DNA of 64,000 bases from Marsupella aquatica (Eukaryota > Plantae > Marchantiophyta): the NCBI GenBank assembly GCA_973895155.1, contig OZ316894.1:10385874-10449873 (forward strand), written 5' to 3'. The position numbers and the translations under genes are program-made. This document shows positions 24,661 to 36,176 of this stretch, piece after piece (the first letter of the stretch is position 1; each line of letters begins with the position of its first letter). Under the pieces are notes generated by a model. That model saw only the letters and a program-made list of their open reading frames with translations. It was not told the origin of the DNA and did no database searches.

Positions 24661-25999
24661 AACACCCAAAACCCCCTAGAAATGTACCCCCAAAAACCTT
24701 TCACCCTAAACCCTCAAAACTCCAAATACTTTCATAACTCATCCTATTCACCACAAGTATTTGTTACACTAAACTCCACTCAGGGCGTGCCACGTGGACC
24801 AATCTCATCATGACGTGTGTCATGCCATATTACTGGCCCCCTTCAAGCAAATTATTTTGGCCGGCATTTTGGATGCCTTGGAATAGTTATAAAGAGATTG
24901 TCATATAAAATATGGTCTTGTTGGTTATAAGTCAATTATAAAAATTAATCTGGAATTGATTTAAATGTACCCTTCGGCCGTTCGCACGTCCGGTCCATTA
25001 TTAATAACGTTGGGGGCCCAGGGCAATGAAGGTTCCCAAGGGAAAGTATGGACAAACTTTTGATCTAGGAAAAGAGGGGAAAGTTCCAGTGCAACATCCC
25101 TGTGCGCCGGGTGTTCAAAGGCAATCATAAAAAAACTTTTCCCCACATATTTGATTTGAGTCACCGGCCATCCTAAATCTCTAATGAAAACTCCTTCCAC
25201 CCAATCACAAAACGAGGGAAGAAGAGGGGCACAGTCAGTGAAGAAGCACATCATGGTGCAGCTGTAGAGTTCTTTGACGGAAAGAGTAGCTTCCTCAATT
25301 GACCACTGAATAGTAGTGTGAAGTTGGTCGGGCCAATGCTTAGTGGAGTTTAAGGCAATGGTCCTTAAGAAATCCAGATAGGTATCCTGTGAGTGCTCTG
25401 AAAGTTCCTCTCTGCTACGGTGGTTGTCGAGTGGTATGTTGTAATCCATCACGTGATCCTGAGAGGGAACCTGGTTGGATCGATTCTCCAATCCATTTCT
25501 GTCCTGCGCATTGTTGTACTCCTTTGACGGTGGCAAGCCTGTACTCTGTTCCGCAGCAGATTCAACATTTTTCCATCCAGACGAGGACGGAGCAAAGGTG
25601 TCATCCTCTCGTGCCATCGTTTCTTCTTCCATTTGATCCGCCCAAGAAGTTCCGTTTTGAGAGAAGAAACGGCCACCATTGCGAGGTCTTTCCGGGGGAG
25701 TTCTTTCCCTCAGCGCGTGGGAGTTGTCAAATAGATCAAAGGGCGCAGCTTTTGGTCCGCCTCGAGCATCCTGAATAGAGAATCTGCTTGAATCATTCCC
25801 TGGCAAGGAATTCCCCCTAACATCTCCGCTCCAAGGGCGACCACCCGGAGAGGGAGGAGCATCAGCGCAGCGCCAAGAGGTAGCCAAAGATCCCCTACCA
25901 TTTCCGCGACCAGAAAGGGCATGGGGATAGCGATTCGGACCTCTGCCACCGGTGGAGCGAAAAGGTCGGCCATATTGTGGACCGGCTCAATATAGGGTA

Positions 26000-28900
26000 T
26001 GTAAGGAACTTGTCAATTTTTTTGTTGTTTGTACAAGGAATAGTAAGAAAGTTGTTGTAGTGTTAGTAAAGTACTTAGGGTTTGCAACCCTAAGTCACTA
26101 GGGAAGGCTAGTAGGAAATCATGGAAGGGAGAAAATGTGTTGTTCTAAGCAAATGTAAAGGGATAAGTAATGTGATTTTGGTAGGCAGAAAATGTTCCAC
26201 CCTTAGTTAGGATAGGCGACTAAGTCAGGACCGGAAAATGACCTGACCCCTGACATCTTATTTTTGGCTGATATTTCTCCCATGGGTGCTGGGAGGTCCC
26301 TAGGGAACCCTGAAAAACTATGAAGTCAAGTGGGGTCTCAACCTAGGAGTTGTGAGTATTTTGATAGAAATTAAAATAACTAACTAACGGGCCCCGGAGA
26401 AAATAGCCAAGGGGTAAATTTTGTGGGTTCGAGGGTAGAATTGAGTTTAGTATAGACCATAATGTCCCTGGATTGTCTCAGAAATTCACCTTTTGTTACT
26501 TTTTGGGAACACCTCAAAGATTGGGAATAGTAATGCACTTTAATAGATATGGTCAAACTTATGTATTTTTAGAAAATTCGTTATGAAGTGTTTAGAGAGT
26601 TTGATAAATTTAGGAGTGAGTCCTATGTCCAAGGATTCCAGAAATATGCTCATAAGTACATTTGGACATTTGAGTGAATTATGGCATGGCCTTCAAGAGG
26701 GGCCAGTATAACTATTTCTCCTGAGAGGAAAACGAAATCTTTCTAAGTGTCAAAATGCGTCGACGCGGCTGCGACCAGACTAGCACGAGGTCAGGCAAGC
26801 ACAACATGGGCAGGAATGCACGAGGTGGGCTAATTGAAGGGCTGGTGCTCATCAAAATAGGCCACTCTTGATCTGAATAGGCAGGTGCGGGATTGAATTG
26901 AGCTAGCTGCTGAGAAGGACTTGACCTAGCTGCTGAGAAGGACTTGACCCAGCTGCTACTATGAAATTGAATTGTGAGCTATGGCTGCTGATTGGAATAG
27001 GGAGGTTGGCTTTGAATTGGGAAGGTTGCTTGCTGCTATGGCAGCGGCACAATAGATTAGAGGTGCTGCTATTAATCAGGCATGAGATGCTCACAAGAAT
27101 TGGCTGGCTACTGCCTTGATGCTGCTTAATTGATCGATGCTGCTGCTAGCTGCGAAATTGCAAAGGTGGGCAACTACAAAATTGAGAAGAGAGACCTGCT
27201 TGGCTAAGTGATTGGAATAGAGCTAGTTGTTGAGAAGGAATCAAGCTATGGCTGCTGCTGCTATGCTTCGAATCAGCTGCTATGCTTCGAATCTGCTGTT
27301 GTGCTGCAAAGCTGCGAATTGGTGGGCTATGGCTGCTGCAAAATTCTGCTGCGATTTTGAATCACTTGCAAGGCTGGATGGCTATGGAGGTGGACTGAGA
27401 AGGGTGTTGTAGACCTGGCTGAGCTATCAATTGACCTGCTGTCATTCGATCCAATAGAGAATGCTGCCGTTTCAGATTGAATTCAAGAGAGAGGAAAATG
27501 CTGCAAAAATTGATGTCCTTATCAATCTTCTTCATAAGAAACGTGAGTATAATGAGAGTACTCTCCCCTCATGACACGTGGAATCCCCATAAGGGGCGTG
27601 TAAGGTTCAAGTGTAATCGGGTCGCCGCTTACACCCGCTTTACACCAAAAACAGGCCTTGGGAGAATGGGCATAACTTTGGCTAGGGGTATCCGTTGGGG
27701 CCCAAATTTTTTTATGCTGAGTTAGGGGAAGGTAAGGCACCCCTTGGTGAAGGTGGAAACCCAGAAAAATAATCACTCAAATATATTTTTAGCGGAGGCC
27801 ACGAGGGGGTCCCCATAGCTTGCAAACGGGAGTCGGCATGGGGGAAGTAAGACCAGGTTTTTAGGCCGACACTTCTTGCACCCGTGTCACCCAAGTTAGG
27901 ATACATGGAGAAGAGAGTACCTCAGGATAAAGGTGCAAGGTCGTTAGGGTAAGGAAAGTAAGTTGATAGGTCGGGGTAGTAAGTAAGGACTAGTAAATAA
28001 GGAGCCAACTTTGACATGACACAACTTGAGACTCACTCACTCTTTTTGCAAGCTTTTAAGTGGGTTGGGAAGCTGGTGAGGAGGACCATAAGTGAGAACA
28101 GGTTTTGAGGTCAAAGCATGCAACTCATGTGTGGCATATTCCAAGGCTTGGAAGGAGTCAAGCAATAGGTTGTAGAGTGAGCTACAAACTATAGAGTTGG
28201 ACTTTGTGTGTTAGGAGGACTTGGGGGAGGAGTAGTTGGACCCCAAGTCAAGCTTGGTGTGGTGTGGAAGGAGAATAGTATATAAGGAGAAAGTTTTCCT
28301 TTGTTAGGGACCGGGAGTCTCATCTCTTAAGTGGAATCTCTACCTTGTCAAGGTAGGGCTAAGCTTGAGAAGGGAGAGGTGGTCCATGCTTAGTGTGGAA
28401 AATGTGTAGTGAACTTTTGTTGTAAAGGTGATGGAATAAAAAGAGACTTGCCAATCTTCATTGTGACCATTAAGTGTGAGTGCATTTGAAGTATATGAGA
28501 GCAAGAGAAGAGTCCATGCTATAATGTAATCTTGGTCTAAGCTTGAAGGGGATGTGCTAGTACAAAACCAAGGCCAAGGAGGCAAGGTTAAGGTATAGCA
28601 CTACTTTGAGACTTAGAGAGGATTATAGCTTGAGGGTGGAAAGTACTTTGCTTGGTGTGTGGTGTTAACAAAAAGTAAGAACAAGAGGAAGAGTCCTTAG
28701 ATAGAGGCGCCTTCTCTAGAGCTCAAAGGGGATGTGTGGACCCAAACCAAGGCTAGGGGAGCAAGGTTGAGGGGTAACACTACTTTGAGGGTCTTGAGGA
28801 GACTTAAGCTAGAAGAGGAAAGTACTTTGGGTTCTTGGGTGTTTGTGTGAGAATCTACTCTAAGGTGACAGCTTGGAGCGGAGATCCCCCTTGCTGATCC

Positions 28901-29122
28901 TTGGAATAGAGGAGAGGGGAAGGGTGTGAGTACAAAAGTAGTCAAGGGGACTACCTCTCTAGAAGTGGAGAGTTGAAACTACTTATGTATGGAGTGATTA
29001 GACATTGTAGGCACATTTCAGAAGTTTTGTCAATCCTTTGTGACCCTGGTATGATATGGAGCAGGTATTAGGTAGTCTTTTGGGGAGAAAAGCCGCTTAA
29101 GCTCCTTGACAAGTTTTTGACA
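26000..29122. mobile_element. Probable 3.1-kb non-coding solo LTR, flanks not duplicated
   Basis: TGTAAGGAACTTGTCAA ... TTGACAAGTTTTTGACA imperfect 17-bp terminal inverted repeat with TG/CA ends; no long ORF; flanks GGGTA and CATAT do not match. Confidence 0.5.
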
Positions 29123-30020
29123 CATATCCATAGTGATCATTCGAATCCATCGAATGAAGATCAAACACCAGGGGTTAAGAAATCTCACACCCTGCCAATT
29201 TGACCTAGAACTGTCTAAATTGAGATAAGAACTTGAGAGTTTTCAAAAACTTTTTGCAATTCGATCATATGGCCAGAAGTTCTAAAACTGGGTAAAACTT
29301 GATTTGTAAGAAAGATTCAAACAAGAGCTGATCAAATCTTCCGTCGGCCAGACACAAAGACACTTAAGTAAAGCTTAACAAGCCAAATTGAGAGCAGCGG
29401 AAAAAATCTCTAAGGCAAAAAAGTCGTGGATACGGAATTGGTATTCCATCTAAAACTAGTTTTTAGATTTTCAAAAATGGGAAAAAATGACTTGAATTGA
29501 TAAACATGCTCGTCGATTGTATAAGAGATTAGTTGCACTCAAAGTTCTCCCTCCTAGATAAGGCGCACTATGGATGGGAGGCATGGATCCACAAGATAGT
29601 TTGAATCCGCTCCGAATTGAGTTTTGTGGAAAAAATGAGGACGAAGTTCCGATTTGGTCAAGGATTTGTTTGAGTGATTATCTGCACTCTGTTAATTCTT
29701 CTTGTAATTATTGTCGTGATGTCCAAAACAAGTATCATCAATTGACATATTTGTGTTATTGGATTTGGAACAAAGATCCTTGGGTTAACTTATCGCGTTG
29801 AATCTTCTTGATTAGTGTTTCAGAGTTTAGGTGAGCATTCTTGGGTCAAATATTTTGTGAAGATGTTTTTCTTTTGATCAAAGAAATAAAATCAGTTTTT
29901 TTATCACTGTTTTGTAGGTTGCTGAGAAAGAGCTCTCCATTTTATTTATTTCTCCAGGTATTCACTCTTGTTTTGGAATGGCCGTCACAGACTGAGAACC
30001 TTGTCTTTGCAAGGTTAGCG

Positions 30021-30260
30021 ATGTCATTCAAGAAAGAGAAGAAACAAATTCAGCAGAAAAGTGGTCAAAAGGAATCCAGATTACTTTTGGATGGACTTCG
30101 TGATGAGATTGTTGAAACATTCATTTGGCCCATTTTGAAAGTATGTTGCATAGAGGATGAATTTGATTCCTCCAAGATCTCAACTAAGGAAAAATTGAAG
30201 CGATTAAAACAATGGTGTGGCTTGGATGCATCTCAAAGAAATGGAACCAGCTCATAATTT
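30021..30260 (+). pseudogene. F-box-like fragment, frameshifted
   Basis: LLDGLRDEIVETFIWPIL, then after a frameshift LGCISKKWNQLI, resembling the two ends of an F-box motif. Confidence 0.45.
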
Positions 30261-30949
30261 GTACACGAGTCTAGGGTATCCTTAGACTAGCAAGAATTGA
30301 AGCTAGTTTGAGGAAGTAAATGAAATGTTCCAATGGAGAACCCCTTCAGAATGTTCATATTGATGGTTTTTTGGGGATGGAAACACCGAATCTTCCTACA
30401 ATCAATTTTCTCGGTTTATTTTCAAGGTTTGAACTAAGTCGATTTCAAGAAACCTGGCACAATCTTGAGAAAGATCAGCAAGCAAGGCTTGTGGAAATGT
30501 ATTGTGAAGCTTAGAGTTAGCTTGAGTCGTGTGCTTCCATTCATGTTTAGGTCTGCTCATCTTGGGCTCTTTATAAAGATACTTTTCAAGAATATTAACT
30601 TTATTTCGTGGCTCAATTTTGGATGAATGATGAGTTTTGGGGATTCTACCCAGGTTGAATCAACCCCATCCGCTCCACAAAATATATTTGGTATAATACG
30701 AGGCCGTGGGGAAACACCTTATCAGCTTTGGAGAAAAGTATAAATAGAGGTGTCCAGTCAAGGGAGAAAAGTATAAATAGTCTAGGTGTTTGGACAGAAA
30801 CTTTACGCTCATTTCTTTTCCTTATCAACTTTGCTTGCCTCCGCTTTTTTCTCGGAATGCTACATCTCTATAGGTTTTCGTATTCACTCAAATCCAAAGC
30901 AAAAATCAGGTAAAAATGCGAGACAACATACCCTAGATGATGCAGCTCA

Positions 30950-31445
30950 ACGTTGGATCCAAAGTGGGATCCGTATCCCACTTCGCATTCAACTCTCTCT
31001 TTTTGGCCCTTCTGTGCAAACCCCTCACAATTGTAAATGTTGAATGCAAAATGGGATACCGCATATCCCATCTCACATCCGACTCCCTCTTTTTAGTCTT
31101 TCGCTACAACCCCCTAGCTATTCTTGAGGTTGAATGCCAGATGGGATAGCGTATCCCATCTCGCATTCAAGTCCCTCTTTTTGGTCTTTCATTTCAAACT
31201 CCTGGCTCTTGTTGATGTTACATATGAAGTGGGATACCGCATATCCCATCTCGCATTCAAGTCCCTCATTTTGGTCTTTTGTTTCAAACTCATGGCATTT
31301 ATTGATGTTGGATACAAAATGGGATACCACGTATCCCATTTTGCATTCAGCTCCATCTTTTTTGTCATTGTTGCAGACTCCTGACAATTGTTGATGTTGG
31401 ATGCAAAGTGGGATACCTCGTATCTCATCTTGCATTCAACTACTT
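30950..31445. repeat. Six-unit ~90-bp tandem array, each unit with a ~44-bp hairpin
   Basis: GTTG(A/G)ATGCAAA(A/G)TGGGATA-n(3-5)-TATCCCAT(C/T)T(C/T)GCATTCAA at ~30952, 31039, 31129, 31217, 31307 and 31397, with related linkers. Confidence 0.92.
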
Positions 31446-34400
31446 CTTTTGAATGTTTTCGCTCAAACTTTACAAACTTTTGGATGCGGGTTGAGAGATG
31501 TCTTTGTAGTTCTAAGTGTGTCAATCTCTTACAGGATCATGTCAAACAACTCAAAATTATTTGGTTCGACCAAGTCTTCACAAACATCCAGCATTGATGA
31601 GATCTAGAAGAAGAACCTTTACTTAACGAGGAGAAATTTGTGAGGAATAGGTGGTACTTTTGGGATGCTCGGGGGATGGATATTCATAGAGCTTATAAAG
31701 GTCCAGCGGTGTGGTTGATTATAGTTAAGGGTAAAGACCATTGCCATTATGGATTAGTCATTGACACTGTGGAGGCGGATATCACCAACTCAATCCAAAA
31801 CAAAACGGCAAAAAAAGATTCCAATGTACCTTTGCATTGGTCCAAAAAATGCCTTCAATGCAGTTGTCCTCAACTACTAGAAACTTGATCGGGTCTCGAT
31901 GAACACATTTTTGGAGGACCCAATTGTGAAGCTAATTTTGGAGGTGCCGGAGGTTGAGGACTTTTTGAATTGGTGTTTGAAATTTGTCTTCAAGTCTGGG
32001 AGGGTCGTTGAAGATTTTACCAAGGTCACATATTTCAAGTCTTGGAGGGTCGTCATCAGAACTGGCTTTGGCGTCAAAGAGCGTCCTCTGAAGTTGAAGG
32101 TTACAAAGCCTATTGATTCGGCTTCAAAGTCAGGGGAGACATCTGGAACTCCCTACCAAACTAGAGAGAAATCTGCCACAATTTCTTTTAAGGAACTTGC
32201 AAAGAGGAAGCTTGTAGATCAACTCTCCGGGGAAGGTTCAAAAGCGGTGGTCTCGGAAGACGCTGTTGGACAGAAGAAATTGGATTGATGTGAGATCCAA
32301 AAGCGTGCACCATCTGCACTCGGAAGTGTTGTCTCATCTTTGGTCCCACAAAATTCAGAGAGACCGTCTCAGTTTTGTGCAATTCAACTTCTTCAGGTGG
32401 GCCTTCTCTATCATCTATGGGTGCCATTCAAGAAAAGAAAAAAGATTCAACAATAGATATCACTACAACTTTGCAGCGTGAAGAGACACTCATGGTTCGT
32501 GAAGAACTTGTGTCTCGGTTGATGGAGACCAAGAGAGTTAAGAAGACAACCATTATTCTGAAAACAACTAACTTGCTTCTTGTTGACAATATTGATGACG
32601 AGAACTCAACATTGGTTTGAACAGTCGATCGGTTGCATGTGGAGAATATCAAGACCTTGATGAAAATGAATTCGACGAATTTCACCATGCCATTTGTCTT
32701 GTTTGTGATCCTCAAAAACTGCCCGATAGTGACAAACTGGGACCCAAAAAAGGCAACAAGCTGGAGATATCGGGTGATTGGTGGTAATCATGGTGCTTGG
32801 GCTACGAGAGAATTGTACGAGCATATGGGAGAGAGATCTTCAATGAACTTCAAGCTTGGGTGTATGCTGGTCTCTCAAGGGAGGCCATTCAAAAACTGAG
32901 CATCCAACATAATATTGATCAGGAGTATAGGAAAAAGATGACCAATGTGATGCCTTGCTAGGATCACGAAGTACTTAGTTAAGCCTAAAATAATGGCTAA
33001 ATAAAGATTAGGTAGATAGAATAAGGGAGGAATAAGGATCGAAGCCGATTGCAACGTGTTCGGGGGAGATTGTGATAGGATCGGATCCAACGGTCGCGAT
33101 TAAGTGGGATTAGGGTTATGACCTAATCGGGGCTTGATCAGGTAAGCCATCAGGAGGCAACTTCGTAGGGAGGGGACCGACACTCTATACACTTGTGCAA
33201 TTGTTTGTTCGGTCAACCTAGGGAGGTGGAATCAGCTGCCGATCGATCGGGGGAGGTGGTTTGGGAAATTGCGCAAGTTCTTGGTATTCGGTGGAATGAA
33301 CACGGTGAATCAGACAGGGAAGTTTTGGGGCTGTTTTCTTGAAGAAGCAAGGCAGCTGATACCTACGTATGAAGACGTTGAGCCGGAGCGCGCAGCCAGA
33401 GAACAAGCGGAGCTTGCACGATTGTGGGGAATTCACAAATCGGCATTCGTAGATACGAAGGAGGTGTTGGAAAAGTTCTCGTGGACACCCACCAGTGCGG
33501 AGCTTGACAAATTGCTGATTCGGGAGAATAAGGTCGTGGGGATCAAGGAGGCAATCAAGAACGCAGGGCAGCCACTTTGGGAATTAAAGGGTCACACTGC
33601 GAAGTGGACGAAGGCAGCTATTCTTGGGGAGTATTCAGGCACTGAAGAGATGAAGCGCAAGGGAGGTTCGACATCCACAACTCTAGCAAAGCAAACTAGG
33701 TCAGAGAGACCAATCAAGATGGAATCCGGGCCAGTTAGAGATTGGGCTGTAGAGGATAAAACCATGACAGGGTGGGCAGACAGGTTACCTGCCGATTTAC
33801 AATTACAGTTCGCAAGAGATGAGGATGAGGTCTTTAGTGCCGTTCAGGATAATAAATATGCAGGATATATGAATGACATTGGGTTGAAGGGCTTTGTCAG
33901 GTTGTCCTGGAGGATGGTAGACATACCAGATGAGGATCTGTTGGACTTTGTGGGATGCTGGGAGGCTTATTCCAACACGACGCTGCTGTATGGAAAGGTG
34001 TTCAAACTAACACCTACGCTTATCGAAGTCGTGTTTGCTTTACCAATTGGAAGGAAGACTAAGGTGGAGCAGAGGAAGACGTTGCCGGATGACCAGTTCA
34101 GGTCATTTCCAGGGCCTTCCACTAAGAATGGGTTTTTTAGGAATCAATGTACCAACCCACATATAGGGCAGCTGATTGATTTCCTGAGAGTCACATTGCA
34201 TTGTACCTTGCCGAGAGCAGAAATTGGCAAAGCCCAGGTATTTTTGGTGGAGAATATCGATGCAAGTCGAGACTACAACGGGTATCTCTTAATGCAGTTG
34301 AAGAAGGCATTAAACAAAGAGAAGCAGAGCATTGGGGAGGGAGCGGTATCTAGACTAGGGTACCATCTGCAATTACTTTGCCGATATGCAAGAAGCCAGT

Positions 34401-36176
34401 CTTTTGCATCAGTGTTGCCTATACAAGAGTGGATGCAGATCACTGCACCACTTGAGGAGATGGAGGAGGACGAGGAGCCTCTAAACATACGACGCCACGG
34501 GAGGAGGTCGGCAACACAGGCAACACGAGAACGGGATCATTCCCCTATCAAGGAGCCAAAGGTAGTAACATATGATGTAGTGAGAAATCTGTTGCGCCGG
34601 CCTACTCGTAATAATCCATATGCAGGCATCCAGTTGGTCGAGAGGAAGATGACTGCCAAAGAGAGAAAGAAATATGACGAGCAAATGGATTCAGAGACAA
34701 ATGAGGAGGTAAGCCGAAGCCAGGAGAGGCCGGTAGTAAGAGCTTCTAGCAGAGCCCAAGCGGAGGGACCCATGGAGGAAGGTCAACCAGCAGCAGCCCA
34801 ACAATATTCAAAGGAAGAGATCGGGGGCTTTGGAGGAGAGGCCGGCATGCTAGGTAGTCAGGTTAATGTGGATGATTACGACGACGACTATGTTGATCAC
34901 GGGGAGAGGCCGGTACTAGGAGTTAGAATGATGGGAAGGTTTTGTAGAAGACTTCCCGCGGTCTTCTATGGCAAGCCGGAGGACCAGAAAACACCAGAAT
35001 CTCCTCCACCAGATGTGACACCATTGGAATTTGACAAGATGAAGGAAGTTGAAGTCGGGCTACATGAGAAGATTAAGGAGTGGGGGGCCCGGAATGCAGA
35101 ACAGGAATGCCAGCTATTAGGATGAGAGTGGCCGAAAGAAATAAGACAACTTAGAAAGAGGCAAGCTGAACCTCTCACTGACTTCAATCAATTACGGGTA
35201 GAGGCTTGGGAGAGACGACCTCGATGACAGATGCCAGTATCACCTGGGAGGTCAAACTATGCAAGAAATCGGGCTAAGGTGGCTAATTCAAGGGTGAATC
35301 AACAAGCACAGCAGGATCTCTTGGCTAAGCAACAGGAATTGGAAGTGGCGAACAACCAATTGGGAAACTACCAATTGGATAACCAGCAGATCAAGGAAAA
35401 GTTGACGAAGGTAGAGTTGGAGTTAGCCGATTCAAAAGTAGAAGTACAAGGTTTAAATCGCCAAGTCGAGAGGCTCAGAAAGACGGCTAAGGAGCAGGCC
35501 ACCCAGAGCGAGAAGGGCTTGGCTGAAGCCCAAAGGAAGTATGACAAGTACGTTACTCAACCGGTTGGAGGCCATGCATGAGAAGCATGATGACGCCATG
35601 TGCACAGCGGCCAATGATCACCTTGTGACACGGGTAACGTGTCACTTAACGGAACCCAGGTCGTAGATTAGGCCTTATACGGGCATTAGGACCGTAGCCA
35701 TAGTGTAGAATAGCACGTATAGCCGTCGGTTGCCATTATGATTAGATTAGGAGTAGGTTAAGATGACCAAATAATTACGAGTTCAGGAAAGGGATTATTA
35801 CGCACGACCGAGGTACGGTGGTGGCAGCGGAGTAAAAATCAGTTAGAGGAATCACGCTTGGACCTAGGCGCTGACTTCAGCTCGTTATCAATGACCAAAC
35901 GGCCTGGCCTTCTCACGCTCGGGCTCATCCTGGCACCTCCATAAGAGAGGAGCCGATGGTGCTGCGGGCCATTTGCTCATGTCTACCTTTTTTTGAATTC
36001 GCGGACGTTGCCACCCACTCGCCCTTCTGATTGAATCAAGTCAACCTTTACAAGGAGATTATCGAGGGAGAAGAGCGGAATGTGGCAAGATTTAGTCAGG
36101 ACGAGCGAGGCCTCCACGAGAAAGAGGACCAGCCGGGTGGGAACGCGGACTCAACGAACCGGACTACGAGGTTAGT

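Larger units (their letters stand above)
13090..25023 (-). mobile_element. 11.9-kb autonomous-type DNA transposon, P-element-like
   Basis: 13-bp TIR CCCTGGGCCCCCA at both ends; perfect 8-bp TSD CAATGAAG (13082-13089, 25024-25031); interrupts LINE ORF1; encodes a DDE transposase with P-superfamily motifs. Confidence 0.88.
6554..25973 (-). pseudogene. LINE ORF1 (DUF4283/RRM-like + CCHC knuckle) in three pieces
   Basis: 25024-25973 has VGKSFFMIAFEHPAHRDVAL..FPWEPS. 12549-13089 has VWIEIPF..IAESLGK and CFRCNEKGHLARNC. Removing 7380-12548 restores AATIPK|TNQEIPAY in frame. Confidence 0.85.
2310..25999 (-). mobile_element. L1-clade LINE retrotransposon, decayed, interrupted by two nested insertions (7380-12548 and 13090-25023)
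   Basis: ORF1 pieces at 25024-25973, 12549-13089 and 6554-7379; ORF2 at 2648-6514; degenerate A-rich tail at ~2310-2347. The 5' boundary is approximate and no TSD was found. Confidence 0.9.

Noticed and set aside
13090-25023. hAT or KDZ/Zisupton assignment based on the 8-bp TSD
   Set aside because: No hAT CxxH/TRW/dimerisation motifs or KDZ CxC domains were seen; motif order fits the P superfamily better.
30950-31445. CRISPR-like array
   Set aside because: The linkers are homologous to each other, the repeats are degenerate, the context is eukaryotic and no cas genes are present.
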